DNA of 64,000 nt from Bacteroidales bacterium (lineage in GTDB: Bacteria; Bacteroidota; Bacteroidia; Bacteroidales; UBA4181). The stretch covers positions 21,579 through 85,578 of the forward strand of contig JAVBSH010000085.1 in the NCBI GenBank assembly GCA_031547085.1, written 5' to 3'. The first letter of the stretch is position 1, and each line of letters opens with the position of its first letter. The notes under the pieces are model-generated. The model ran no database searches. It was given only the letters and a program-made list of their open reading frames with translations, and was not told the DNA's origin. The translations under genes were made by a program, and so were the position numbers. Below, piece by piece: positions 17,723-28,262 of the stretch.

Positions 17723-19501
17723 ATGGCAGAAAAAAACATCCGGGGTGACACCCCCAAACAACCCGTTCAGGAGAATGAGCAGTTAAGCGACATCATCCTT
17801 ATCCTGGACAAAATGGAACTGCTGATCCAGGCGGTCTCCAAGCTGGACAAAGACGGTAATCATGAAACCGTACCAGCGGACAAAAAGCACAGGAACTCCT
17901 TCCTGAAAGTGGACAAGTATTCCAGTATTGTGGAGAACTTCTTCAAGAACTTCTGGAGCCAACTCAAAGACCCGACACGTTTCGGCATTCTTTCGATGAA
18001 GCTGAAGGAACTGGACAAACCGGAAAACAAGCAGGCGATGAAAGACCTCATGGAGGGGAAGAAAACCGATGCCGTGGCTGAATTCTTAAAGAAATACGAG
18101 ATAAAGCCGCGCGATGTCGCAAAAGAGCAAAGTAATAACAATAAAAAAGAAGAAACGATGGCAAAAGAAACAGCTCAACAACAGGCTCCGGCGGCTCCGG
18201 CCACCGGTGGCGACCAACCTAAATACCGCTACAATGAAGCGATGATCGATTGGGAACAATTGAAAAACTTCGGGTTATCCAAAGAATACCTTCAGGAGAA
18301 AGGACTTCTTGACCAGATGCTCCGGGGGTATAAGACCAACCAGACCGTACCCATTACCATGAACTTCGGTTCTGCCGTACTACGGACCGATGCAAGGCTT
18401 TCCTTCCAGCAATCCGTGGCAGGTCCGGTAGTACTCGGCATACACGGCATCCGCCAGCAACCCGAACTGGACAAACCTTATTTCGGGCACATCTTTTCGG
18501 AAGAGGACAAGAAAAACCTCCGCGAAACGGGAAATATGGGTAGGACTGTGGAACTCAAAATGCGTTCGGGGGAATTAGTACCTTCCTTTGTCAGCCTGGA
18601 CAAACTTACGAATGAAATCGTAGCCATGAAGGTGGAGAATGCTTTTATCCCTAATGAGATTAAGAATGTCAAACTAACCGAACAGGAAAAAAACGACCTG
18701 AAGGAAGGAAAGTCCATTTATCTTGAAGGAATGACCGCCGCCAGCGGCAACGAATTCAATGCCCACGTACAGTTCAATGCGGATCGCAGGGGGATAGAAT
18801 ACCAGTTTGATACGGACAGGATTTTCAATCGGCAGTCGCTTGGAGGAGTGGAACTCTCGCCCAAACAGGTGGAAGACCTCAATGGCGGGAAAGCAATCTT
18901 TGTCGAAGATATGGAACGCAAAGACGGTGAGAAATTCTCCGCCTTCGTCAAACTCGACGAGGCCAGCGGACGGCCCGCCTATACCCGCTACAATCCCGAC
19001 TCTCCGGAAGGTGCCAGGGAAATCTACATCCCCAAAGAAATGAACGGAGTAATTTTAACCCCGCAGGACAGGGAGGAATTAAGCAAGGGGAAAGCCGTAT
19101 TCCTTGAAAACATGACAAACCGCAAAGGGGAGGAATTCTCTTCATTTGTCAAACTCGACCTGGAAACAGGACGCCCCAGTTATTCCAGGACACCCGATGG
19201 GTTTGAAGAAAGGCAGGATTTCAAAATCCCGGCTGAAATCTGGGGAGTGACGCTCTCAGCTACCCAGCGGGGACACTTGCAGGATGGTAAGGCAGTCCTG
19301 GTGGAAGGAATGAAAGGCTATGACGGGAAACAGTTCTCCCAATACGTCAAAGCCAATTTCAATCAGGGGAAACTCAATTATTACAATGAGAATCCGGATC
19401 GTAAGAAAGACGCTTCCCAGCGGAATGTGGTAGACCGGGGGCAAAACAGGCAGCAGGCGGACAAGCCGGAAAACAAGAAACGGGGCAGAAGCGTCGGCTA
19501 A
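17723..19501 (+). CDS. DUF4099/DUF3945 domain protein
   Basis: NFFKNFWSQLKDPTRF, IDWEQL..FGLSKE.L, repeated GV.L..Q..L..GKAV..E.M..GE.F modules. Confidence 0.88.
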   Translation: MAEKNIRGDTPKQPVQENEQLSDIILILDKMELLIQAVSKLDKDGNHETVPADKKHRNSFLKVDKYSSIVENFFKNFWSQLKDPTRFGILSMKLKELDKPENKQAMKDLMEGKKTDAVAEFLKKYEIKPRDVAKEQSNNNKKEETMAKETAQQQAPAAPATGGDQPKYRYNEAMIDWEQLKNFGLSKEYLQEKGLLDQMLRGYKTNQTVPITMNFGSAVLRTDARLSFQQSVAGPVVLGIHGIRQQPELDKPYFGHIFSEEDKKNLRETGNMGRTVELKMRSGELVPSFVSLDKLTNEIVAMKVENAFIPNEIKNVKLTEQEKNDLKEGKSIYLEGMTAASGNEFNAHVQFNADRRGIEYQFDTDRIFNRQSLGGVELSPKQVEDLNGGKAIFVEDMERKDGEKFSAFVKLDEASGRPAYTRYNPDSPEGAREIYIPKEMNGVILTPQDREELSKGKAVFLENMTNRKGEEFSSFVKLDLETGRPSYSRTPDGFEERQDFKIPAEIWGVTLSATQRGHLQDGKAVLVEGMKGYDGKQFSQYVKANFNQGKLNYYNENPDRKKDASQRNVVDRGQNRQQADKPENKKRGRSVG

Positions 19502-19566
19502 ACCGCTGGCATACGGCCGGAATACGTCGTAAGAATTCATTCATTAAACATTTCAAAAATTCATTT

Positions 19567-19830
19567 ATGGAAACAAAAAATAATAGTCATGTACCTTTCA
19601 AGGTGGAAGACGTGGACTGGGATGAACTTTCCTCCATCGGTATCCTGAAAGATGAACTGGAACTCGCGGGGGAACTCGATACCCTGCTGGAAGGCGAAAA
19701 AACGTCTGTCATACCCCTGAGCCTCGTATTGCTTGGCGTGGATGTCATCATGGACGCGACCCTGCAACTGGTACGCAAGGGTGATTCCCCGTTACTGGAA
19801 ATCGTAGGGATTCAACCCGTAGGCAACTAA
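19567..19830 (+). CDS. DUF4099 domain protein
   Basis: FKVEDVDWDEL..IGI.KDELE..G.LD.LL.G.KT..DATLQL. Confidence 0.75.
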   Translation: METKNNSHVPFKVEDVDWDELSSIGILKDELELAGELDTLLEGEKTSVIPLSLVLLGVDVIMDATLQLVRKGDSPLLEIVGIQPVGN

Positions 19831-19900
19831 CTTTTCATTCACCGGCCGTTTCCCTGTAGTCAATGGACGAAGGGGGAATGGCTTTTAATTCCGATCAATC

Positions 19901-22056
19901 ATGATAGCGATTATAACAGAACAATCCAATGTAGGAATGGATATCGCCCGCATCGTGGGGGCAACAGAGAAACTGGACGGGTATATGGCCGGAAACGGGT
20001 ATCTGGTGACATGGACCCTGGGAAATCTCGTTTCGCTCGCTTTGCCGGGATTTTACGGGTACGAAAGACCGTCGGCAGACACTCTGCCGGTTATACCGGA
20101 CCCATTCCGGTTGACCATCCGGCAGATGAAAACGCCAAAAGGAACAATCAACGACCGTGGCGCAGTAAAGCAACTGGATATTATTGACCGGGTATTCAGC
20201 CAGTGCGACAGCATTATCGTTGACACCGGCACCGATTACGAAGGGGAGCTCACATTCAGGTATGTATATGACTATCTGGGTTATACCAAACCGTTCAAGA
20301 GGTTGTGGATATCTTCGCTCACGGACGAAGCCATACAAAAAGGGATGGCAAACCTGAAAGAAGGAAAAGAATATGACAGTCTCTATCAGGCTGCCGACTG
20401 CCAGACAAAAACCGACTGGCTCATCGGGAATAATGCAAGCCGGGCGCTGGCTATAGTCTCGGGAATGGAGGAGAATTCCCTGGGCAGGGTACAGACCCCG
20501 GTGCTGGCCATGATCTGTTCCCGTTTCCGGGAGAACAGGAACTTTGTTTCCTCCGCTTACTGGCAATTGCATGTCACGCTTGAAAAAGACGGGATGCTCC
20601 GCAGGTTCCGGCATACGGAGGAACCCAAAGATATGGAAGGAGCCGAAAACCTGTTCGCTTATATAAAGGCATGCCCTACGGCTGTCATTACGAAGGTGGA
20701 ACGAAGAAATACCTTCCAGTCACAACCCTTACTCTATGACCTTACCACGCTTCAGAAAGATTGCAACATACACCTCGACCTGCCCGCCGAAAAGACATTG
20801 GAAATCGCACAAGCCCTGTACGAAAAGAAACTGATCTCCTATCCGGTAACAGCCAGCCGTTATATCCCGGAGGACGTGTTCCGGGAAATCCCGTCCCTGC
20901 TGCGGATGGTACTACGGATGGACAGGTTCAAACACCTGTCGGAAGCGATGGATACAATGGATACGCTCCGGCCGGAGAAAAAATCCGTCAATGATAAGAA
21001 TCTGGCCAACCACCATGCTTTGATACTAACAGGCGATTATGCACGGGATTTAACGGAGCCGGAAGAGAAAGTCTACTATATGATCGCTGGACGGATGCTG
21101 GAAGCTTTTTCTCCCCGTTGTGAAAAAGAGTCGCTCGTAATGGAAGCTTCGGTGGGTGACCTGCTTTCCGTTCCCAATCCCGGAAAATACTTTCTTCCGG
21201 GTGGAGAGGCGTTTTTGACCGCCCGGAGGATAAGGAAGAGGATGAAAACGTACCGAACGAAGGATTAGCAGAATTTGAAGAAGGGGATCATATCCAAGTC
21301 AGCGGGCAGTCACTCGCCCAGAAGAAAACAATGCCCCAACCACTCTATACCGAGGCAACCCTGTTAGCTGCCATGGAAACCGCCGGGAAAGATATAGCCG
21401 AAGAAGCATTGCGGGAAGCGATCAAAGACCAGGGACTGGGAACGCCCGCGACCCGTGCCGCAATCATCTCAACACTGCTGAAAAGGGAGTATGTGGAACG
21501 TTCCGGGAAAGCTCTGGTACCAACCGAAAAAGGGCTTTACATCTACGATGTGGTAAAAGACATGCAGATTGCGGATGTGGAAATGACGGCCAGCTGGGAG
21601 GAAATGCTTTCCGGTATAGAAAAGCGGAAAGTGGCTCCCGGAACATTCATAAGCGCGGTAGAAATCTATACCCGGCAGGTAACGGAAGAGATTCTGTCTA
21701 TAAAATTCCCTAAAAGCCAGACGGCTACCATCACCTGTCCCAGATGTGGAACCGGAAATATCATCATGCGCTTCAAACTCGCCAAATGCGATAACGACGC
21801 CTGCGGGTTGCTGGTATTCCGCAAATTCCTGAACAAGGAACTAACAGACCAGCATATGCAGCAGCTCTTTTCTTCCGGTTCAACGAAACTGATCAAGGGA
21901 TTCAAGGGAAAGAAGGGAAATACGTTCGACGCAAAGCTGGTTTTTGACAAGAATTACAACCTTACCTTTTCGTTTCCGAAAACCAAAGGGAAAGGACAAA
22001 AGAAAACCGCTTCTACCAAGCCCCGTGCAGGGGAGAAACCGAAAAAGAAGAAATAA
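19901..22056 (+). pseudogene. topB: type IA DNA topoisomerase III (ICE TopB-like), split by a frameshift
   Basis: GNGYLVTW, SLGRVQTPVL, LYDLTTLQ, AQALYEKKLISYP; GLGTPATRAAII in the second ORF; frame break near 21165. Confidence 0.8.
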
Positions 22057-22159
22057 GGGGTTATTCCTGGCATCCCATTTTTCATTCAAAAAGGCACAGT
22101 CCATCCGGCTGTGCTTTTTTAATTGGAAGAAACAAAACAAAGGAGGGGAAGAAAAACCC

Positions 22160-22337
22160 CTTGTCATCCCGATTCATTGGCAAATGTAGTTCCGTGTTCT
22201 TATCCACAGGCAAGGTCAGGCCCCTAAAGGGGTTTCCATGGAAAAATCATCCTCGCTTCGCTCCGGTATTTTTCCACGCAAAACCTTGCCTGTGGGAACA
22301 CTCCACTCTCCATTGCCCCTGAATCGGGAACGACAAG
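22160..22337. repeat. large branched palindrome (copy 2)
   Basis: CTTGTC-ATCCCGATTCA..CCACAGGCAAGGT..TGGAAAAAT..CGCTTCGCT..ATTTTTCCA..ACCTTGCCTGTGG..TGAATCGGGA..GACAAG. Confidence 0.75.
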
Positions 22338-22360
22338 AAGTTCCCATAATAAAAATAGGT

Positions 22361-22591
22361 ATGAAAACAATGAATATCACATCCGGCAGTAAGAAATGGT
22401 TAAAGACCATCGCAATACTGATAGTAGCGGCCATAGGTTTCAGCTACCTCTACTCTCGTGGAATATCTCCGGTTTGGACAGCCGTAGCCATCGTTGTATT
22501 TCCGGGATTCTTCCGGTTTATCTATAAAATAGCCTGTTTCCTCGTAGCGGCAGCTATCGTGATCGCCATCCTGAGTTTTCTAATCTTCTAA
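22361..22591 (+). CDS. small membrane protein
   Basis: Hydrophobic 76 aa after an A-rich translation start region. Confidence 0.6.
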   Translation: MKTMNITSGSKKWLKTIAILIVAAIGFSYLYSRGISPVWTAVAIVVFPGFFRFIYKIACFLVAAAIVIAILSFLIF

Positions 22592-22602
22592 TAAAAATAA
22601 TC

Positions 22603-22809
22603 ATGGAAACAGTGAATGTAACAAAAACAATGAACACACCTCCGGTGCAAAAAAGGGTGCGGTCAAAAGGATTTCCGACAAAGTACATCCGGAGGTCAGG
22701 AAGACGTATGGGGCTGGTCAGAATAGGATATCTATTGGAACCGTTGCGGCAGATTATCAATCATCCTGACCGGGACAGGCTGATAGCCCGGTTCTTTGAG
22801 GATGACTGA
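22603..22809 (+). CDS. hypothetical protein
   Basis: 68 aa, operon-like spacing. Confidence 0.5.
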   Translation: METVNVTKTMNTPPVQKRVRSKGFPTKYIRRSGRRMGLVRIGYLLEPLRQIINHPDRDRLIARFFEDD

Positions 22810-22912
22810 TGGATATGAAAAGAATAGCTTTTGTAATCAGGGCCGGGTATGGGAACATATCCGGCTTTGGCTTTTAATAAACTTCAATATAAATCATTTA
22901 AATCAAAAGATT

Positions 22913-23770
22913 ATGTTTTTTACTCAGATCAATTCAATGATGAACCAGGGTGTGGATATAACCCTGGTCATCCGTAAAAAAGAAGGGCAGTTAATGGTAT
23001 CGTTAATGCCTAAAGCGAACGGGCTCAAGGATGAGGCCCAAAACCACATCGTACCCCTGACCATAACAGGGACACCTGAGGAACTGGACATGGGATTTCT
23101 TCCTACCATCTGCCAACCGGTACAGAAAACGACCGGATTGCTCCTGAATATGAGCCAATTTGAAAAGCAGGCTGATAAAGCGGCGGAGCATTCCAAAGCA
23201 GCCAAAGAGCTGAAAGACAAGGAGGCAAAGGATGCGAAGGAGAAGAAAGAGAAATTCGACTCCCTGATGAAGAAGGTGGCGGAACTGGAAACCGGACAGA
23301 AGCTGGCCGAAGCCATGACCTGTCTCCAGCAGGCAAAACTTCTGGCAACTCCGCAGGCCTTGCAATCAGTGGACCAAAAGATCAATGGTTTAAGATTGAA
23401 ACTAAGCCAGGGAAATCTTTTCGGAATGGAACCGGCACCACAACCGGTACAGGTACCTGTAGCCAACCGGCAACAGCCGGTCATGCAGCCACAGCCGGCA
23501 GTCCAACAACCCATTCCGCAACCTGTACAAGGTTATGTTCCACAAAACGGACAGCAGGTGTATAGACCGCAAACTCAACCCGGATATAATAATGCTACGG
23601 GTAATAACGGCTGGCAGGCGACCGGACAACAAGTGATGGATTATCCCCCGGAGCCGGAACCGGAAATGGTAATAAATACCGGTTATCCGGCACACAGGGA
23701 AGGGGAATACGACCAGTATCCTGACTTCCCATACCAAAGTAACCATATGTATAACCCTCAAAACAGATAA
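22913..23770 (+). CDS. PRTRC system protein E
   Basis: MFFTQI..L.VS.MP..PLTITGTPEELD.GF; Q/P-rich tail. Confidence 0.85.
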   Translation: MFFTQINSMMNQGVDITLVIRKKEGQLMVSLMPKANGLKDEAQNHIVPLTITGTPEELDMGFLPTICQPVQKTTGLLLNMSQFEKQADKAAEHSKAAKELKDKEAKDAKEKKEKFDSLMKKVAELETGQKLAEAMTCLQQAKLLATPQALQSVDQKINGLRLKLSQGNLFGMEPAPQPVQVPVANRQQPVMQPQPAVQQPIPQPVQGYVPQNGQQVYRPQTQPGYNNATGNNGWQATGQQVMDYPPEPEPEMVINTGYPAHREGEYDQYPDFPYQSNHMYNPQNR

Positions 23771-23773
23771 GCT

Positions 23774-23995
23774 ATGCCACTTGTAGTAAATGGAATGGAA
23801 CGTTCGTTCACCTTTAAGAAAGGTACGGAGATGATCACACTAAGTGACCCCAACCCTTCCGACACGCCGGAAGCAACCATGAGTTATTATGCCAATATCT
23901 ATCCGGAACTGACCACCGCGACGGTTCATGGACCGGAAATACGGGAAGACAAAGCGGTTTACGAATTCAAAACCACCATAGGGACTAAAGGATAA
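23774..23995 (+). CDS. PRTRC system protein C (ubiquitin-like)
   Basis: LSDPNPS..Y.NIYPELTTATVHGP..YEF.TTIGTKG C-terminus. Confidence 0.9.
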   Translation: MPLVVNGMERSFTFKKGTEMITLSDPNPSDTPEATMSYYANIYPELTTATVHGPEIREDKAVYEFKTTIGTKG

Positions 23996-24024
23996 GGTAT
24001 GAAAACCAATAAAAAGCAAAAGAA

Positions 24025-25107
24025 ATGCAACAAACAGTTGGAATCTTACCAGTTGCAGAAACTGGCGCAGCTTATCGTAAACCAGACGGCACGCAGCGTG
24101 CAAAGCGGAGTAAACAAAAGAAAACGGATTACGGCGCCCAGCGGCGCTGTAATTCTTTTCTGAAAACGACCATCGTTCCCATCGCGCCACAGGTTGTCAC
24201 AAGCCACTGGCAGGAAGAAGGGCATAATTATGTAACGGTGGAGAGTTACCGGTATCTGCATCAATCCGCCACGAAATATGCTTCGCTGCTGGGAACCACG
24301 CTGAAACATCATCCTGGAAAAAGCATAGGGGAAGGCATTTCCAACCTGTATGATGAACTGGATGGTATCATAGGAGACATAAACCTCAATATGGAACCCA
24401 ATGGCGAATTATTGGAATTTGTCTTATGGAAATACCATACCTGGAGCGAGTATACATTTTACTGGCTACCCGTAAAATTTACGGAATCACTGAATCCCCG
24501 ACTGAGAAAAATCGCCCTTTCGTTTATTAGCCGGTTCAAGCGTAGTAATGGCATGGATACGACCAACGCCGCCTCAGATGTCGGGTGGATGCTGGAGTTG
24601 ATTAAAAACGAATTGGATGAGTGTAGCTCATGTGACAGGAAAGAATACAAAAGCCTGATCAAATCGTATGAATCAGGCAAAATTCACCGGTTGATGAAAC
24701 GGATCGATTCCGTCACTTACTATAAGAACCTGCCGGCCGTTCTGGAAAGGTATGTTCCGAACAATGAATTTGAACGGAACCTGACAAACCTGTTTAAGGA
24801 AGGACTTCAGTTTATCGGTAAGGACAAACCTTCCATCATGTCATACGCTTATGACCCTTTATCTGATATGGACAGGGACTATCCACCGGTAGATATGGAC
24901 AGGTTGATCCGGATTATTTACGATGTGGACGATAAGGTAAGCGAATGGATGACCGATTGGACTAACAATGAACTCAGGGAATCTTATGATATCTCCCCCG
25001 TTACCCGGTATGCCCTGTCGCCGGATACCGGTATATTATTCTCAATGGATGACTATCCGGAGAGATTCTCCGTATGGTTCGACAAATTATGCACATTAAT
25101 AAGCTAA
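24025..25107 (+). CDS. PRTRC-associated protein (protein F position)
   Basis: 360 aa between proteins C and B; assigned mainly by synteny. Confidence 0.55.
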   Translation: MQQTVGILPVAETGAAYRKPDGTQRAKRSKQKKTDYGAQRRCNSFLKTTIVPIAPQVVTSHWQEEGHNYVTVESYRYLHQSATKYASLLGTTLKHHPGKSIGEGISNLYDELDGIIGDINLNMEPNGELLEFVLWKYHTWSEYTFYWLPVKFTESLNPRLRKIALSFISRFKRSNGMDTTNAASDVGWMLELIKNELDECSSCDRKEYKSLIKSYESGKIHRLMKRIDSVTYYKNLPAVLERYVPNNEFERNLTNLFKEGLQFIGKDKPSIMSYAYDPLSDMDRDYPPVDMDRLIRIIYDVDDKVSEWMTDWTNNELRESYDISPVTRYALSPDTGILFSMDDYPERFSVWFDKLCTLIS

Positions 25108-25111
25108 GAAT

Positions 25112-25807
25112 ATGAATAAGCTGACAGAAGAACTGAAATCCATTTTACGGCCAAAGGCCGCCCTGATCGCGTATCAGGGAGAAGATCATACCCGCAACGA
25201 TTATTTTCTGGAACTAAGGGAAATAAAAGACAAAGGGATAATGGGCGAAGCAATACCCGTCACATACGGTTTTATGAATGAAATAGCCGCCAATTATTCC
25301 CAGGCGCACAACGGTATCCCCTCCGGTAAAATTCCGGGGAACCTGCTGTTTGCCGATACACGCAAAGGGTCTGAAAAATATGTCTGGTCGAATCCGCCGG
25401 GAAAAAGGGTGATGTATTTCGTTCCCGGTCTGGGAATTGAAAACGGGCAATATCATATACCGGGTATCCTGTATGTTGTGAAAGAACACACGCTGGCGGT
25501 ATATGCTTATAAAGACGGGAAACTGTCGGATGACACGGAATTGTTCGCGGCGCCCTTTTTCAATGTATCAAAAGAAAGCGTATGCCTGGGCAGTTCCAAA
25601 CTGAAAAAGCCGGCCAACCCTACCTATGCGGAACTACTGGAATATTGGGAAAAGAGATTCTGGCTGACGGAGTTCTCGCATCTGGGCAGTCATGGCAATC
25701 CGACAAGGAGTAACCTGGTACTGGTCACCAAAGCCGCCAGGGATGAAGGGTTCAACCCCGATGAATTAAAACCTGTCCATAAAAAACTAAAAGAAATACT
25801 GAAATGA
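25112..25807 (+). CDS. PRTRC system protein B (prokaryotic E2-like)
   Basis: LFAAPFFNVS..VCLGS..WEKRFWLTEFSH. Confidence 0.88.
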   Translation: MNKLTEELKSILRPKAALIAYQGEDHTRNDYFLELREIKDKGIMGEAIPVTYGFMNEIAANYSQAHNGIPSGKIPGNLLFADTRKGSEKYVWSNPPGKRVMYFVPGLGIENGQYHIPGILYVVKEHTLAVYAYKDGKLSDDTELFAAPFFNVSKESVCLGSSKLKKPANPTYAELLEYWEKRFWLTEFSHLGSHGNPTRSNLVLVTKAARDEGFNPDELKPVHKKLKEILK

Positions 25808-26595
25808 AACGGGTACACTATACGGACAAATACCTGATGAATCCCCAACATCCGGTAACGGTCAACCTGGTTGGGGCGGGAGGCACAGGTTCGCAGGTGT
25901 TAACCTGCCTGGCGAGATTGGATGTGACACTTCGGGCACTCGACCATCCCGGATTGTTTGTTACACTGTATGACCCGGACGAAGTGACGGAAGCCAACAT
26001 TGGCAGGCAATTATTCAGCGATTCCGATTTCGGGCTGAACAAAGCCGTTTGCCTCGTTTCCCGTATAAACAACTTCTTCGGGAACGACTGGAAAGCGGTG
26101 CCGGAGTTATTCCCGTCTTCAGCCAAAGCGAGTCGGGAGGAAAACAGGGCGAATATCACCATTACCTGCACCGACAATGTAAAATCCCGGTTGGATATGT
26201 GGAATTTCCTGAAAGCCGTCCGTAATATTGGGCAACATACGGATTACGGCACTCCGCTGTACTGGATGGATTTCGGTAATGCACAGACGACCGGACAGGT
26301 TATTATGGGTACGGTACAGAAAAAGATACCGCAACCCAAATCCAAGCTGTACAAAACGGTGGAATCCCTGAAAGTGATTACGGAATATGTGAAGTACTCC
26401 GCTGTGAAGGTGGAAGAATCCAGTCCGAGCTGTTCGCTGGCGGAAGCCTTGCAGAAGCAGGATTTGTTTATAAACTCGACACTGGCGCAACTGGGATGCA
26501 ATATCCTGTGGAAGATGTTCAGGCAAGGGATGATAGAATATCAGGGATTGTATATGAACCTTGATACGATGAAGGTGAACCCGGTACCCGTGTGA
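25804..26595 (+). CDS. PRTRC system ThiF family protein (E1-like)
   Basis: VGAGGTGS, YDPD.V..ANIGRQLF, TCTDN..SR, YWMDFGN, PSCSLAEAL..QDLFIN. Confidence 0.93.
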   Translation: MKRVHYTDKYLMNPQHPVTVNLVGAGGTGSQVLTCLARLDVTLRALDHPGLFVTLYDPDEVTEANIGRQLFSDSDFGLNKAVCLVSRINNFFGNDWKAVPELFPSSAKASREENRANITITCTDNVKSRLDMWNFLKAVRNIGQHTDYGTPLYWMDFGNAQTTGQVIMGTVQKKIPQPKSKLYKTVESLKVITEYVKYSAVKVEESSPSCSLAEALQKQDLFINSTLAQLGCNILWKMFRQGMIEYQGLYMNLDTMKVNPVPV

Positions 26596-26598
26596 TAC
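26277..26598 (+). repeat. direct repeat copy 1 (thiF 3' third)
   Basis: About 90% identical to 29803-30125 by manual codon alignment. Confidence 0.9.
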
Positions 26599-26746
26599 TC
26601 AATACTTAAAATTCAGGAGGCAGTACCGATTGCTTCCAGAACCCTGCTGGAAGTGATCGGTTACCTTATAAAACTATATTTATCAGGGTGGAGCCAAAGC
26701 AATAAAAACAATTCAAAAGGATTTTTTGATATCATTTTTTAGTTTA

Positions 26747-26803
26747 AAGTAAACGAGTTGACGAGTTTTATTCTTACCTATTTACTCGTCAACTCGTTTA
26801 CTT
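26747..26803. repeat. 20-bp-arm inverted repeat (REP-like/terminator)
   Basis: AAGTAAACGAGTTGACGAGT...ACTCGTCAACTCGTTTACTT right after the DUF1254 stop. Confidence 0.8.
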
Positions 26804-26806
26804 ATT

Positions 26807-28249
26807 TTATTTTACTTCCTCAAAATCACCGATTTTCCACGTTTTGTCGATAATCGGTTTTTCTACTCCATAAAAACGCAGGATGATTTCCGTATTTACC
26901 CCCTCTTTCGTTGGTATCCAGTTCGATTCTTTACCTGTAGGAGGCTTAGGGGCGAGGTAAAGGTCGACCGAACCATCGGCATTTTTTGCCAAATCCGTTG
27001 CTAACGAAGATCGGTTGGATGTTGCGACGTCGCGGATAAGTCCGTGTGTACTCCGGTCGTAGGCCGTTACCGACCAGTATTGGGATACGGGAACATTGGC
27101 GGGAACGTGTAGCTGGTATGTTTTTGCACCATCAAGCGATTTTCCGTCTTTATCAAGCGTAGCAAATATGTAAATCTGGTGTTGGCCTGCGCCGGTTCGT
27201 TTCAGGCTACTGAATCCCCAATAGTAATTCACCCCGCGTTGGTCAACCGGATAGCTGTTTTCGGTGGTAAAACCGTTGCCCCACGACTGGAATAGCTCGG
27301 GGCTGGCGGGTAAGAACCATTGTGTGCCTTCGTAGTATCGCGGAAAAGATTCATATTGGATGCCTATCCATTGATGAGCATCGGACAAGGCTGTCAGTAA
27401 TTGTTTTTCGCCTTCGGCAGACGGTGCAAAAGGTTTTCCCTTTTCTATGCCAATTGTTTTCAGTTCATCTATCATCACGCGGTCACGTTCTATCCAAGGT
27501 TCTGTCTGGACTATGCGGTCGAGCGAACGATAGAATTCCATGTCATAAGGAATCGTAGCATCAAACACCTGGTCAGTCACATCCGTAAAAACAGTTTGTT
27601 CGGTCGGCTCCGATAGCGGATACAGCTTGATTTTCTTCGCATATTCCACTGCTTTTGCCACATCGGCTTCGCTGTTTGTGGCAGGCATGGAACGCAGCAA
27701 TGCATAACCTTTGTAATTATCGGAAGGCAGAACAATATATCCCGAAGGATTTTTTTCTTTATATCCCGGAGGCAGGATCAGGTATTTCCCCCCTTTACCG
27801 CCATCGGCTCCGGCAGGGCCAACGTCTTCTAACGCCTTTTGCCAGCAATCCATGATGGAACCTACAATGGTTCCGCCGGTAGCTGCGGGGATTTCAAGTA
27901 CTACGGGGCCTGTTTCTTTTGTATTGAAGAAAGGCATGAAGTAAATGGCATCCGTATTGGGGGTCAGTAACTGGTTCTTCCAATCGGACGGGCGCGACCA
28001 ATGCACCAGTTGGTTGTCTTTGGCTCCGGCTTTCAGGAAAGCCTGATACATGCGGTCGTAATTCACAGCGGGCATACCCCAGACGACAGCTTCCATAGCA
28101 CGGGCATGCAGCATTTGATCCTGCACGTTGCCGGTTGATACCGATTTTTCCACCTGTTTGCTTTGTGGTTGATTACAGGAAGCAAATGTAGCCGTCACAA
28201 CTACAACGAGCAGGAAGGCAACGGATTTTATGTTTTTAAACGATTTCAT
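26807..28249 (-). CDS. DUF1254/DUF1214 lipoprotein
   Basis: Lipobox FASC; WGMPAVN, TPNTDAIY, G.DGGKGGKYL.LPP, QYWSVTAYD, NADGSVDLY, NWIPT, LRFYG. Confidence 0.9.
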   Translation of the reverse strand: MKSFKNIKSVAFLLVVVVTATFASCNQPQSKQVEKSVSTGNVQDQMLHARAMEAVVWGMPAVNYDRMYQAFLKAGAKDNQLVHWSRPSDWKNQLLTPNTDAIYFMPFFNTKETGPVVLEIPAATGGTIVGSIMDCWQKALEDVGPAGADGGKGGKYLILPPGYKEKNPSGYIVLPSDNYKGYALLRSMPATNSEADVAKAVEYAKKIKLYPLSEPTEQTVFTDVTDQVFDATIPYDMEFYRSLDRIVQTEPWIERDRVMIDELKTIGIEKGKPFAPSAEGEKQLLTALSDAHQWIGIQYESFPRYYEGTQWFLPASPELFQSWGNGFTTENSYPVDQRGVNYYWGFSSLKRTGAGQHQIYIFATLDKDGKSLDGAKTYQLHVPANVPVSQYWSVTAYDRSTHGLIRDVATSNRSSLATDLAKNADGSVDLYLAPKPPTGKESNWIPTKEGVNTEIILRFYGVEKPIIDKTWKIGDFEEVK

Positions 28250-28262
28250 TTGGTTTGATAAT

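Noticed and set aside
23430-23600. Q/P-rich low-complexity repeats in PRTRC E
   Set aside because: Imperfect coding low-complexity linker, not a DNA repeat array.
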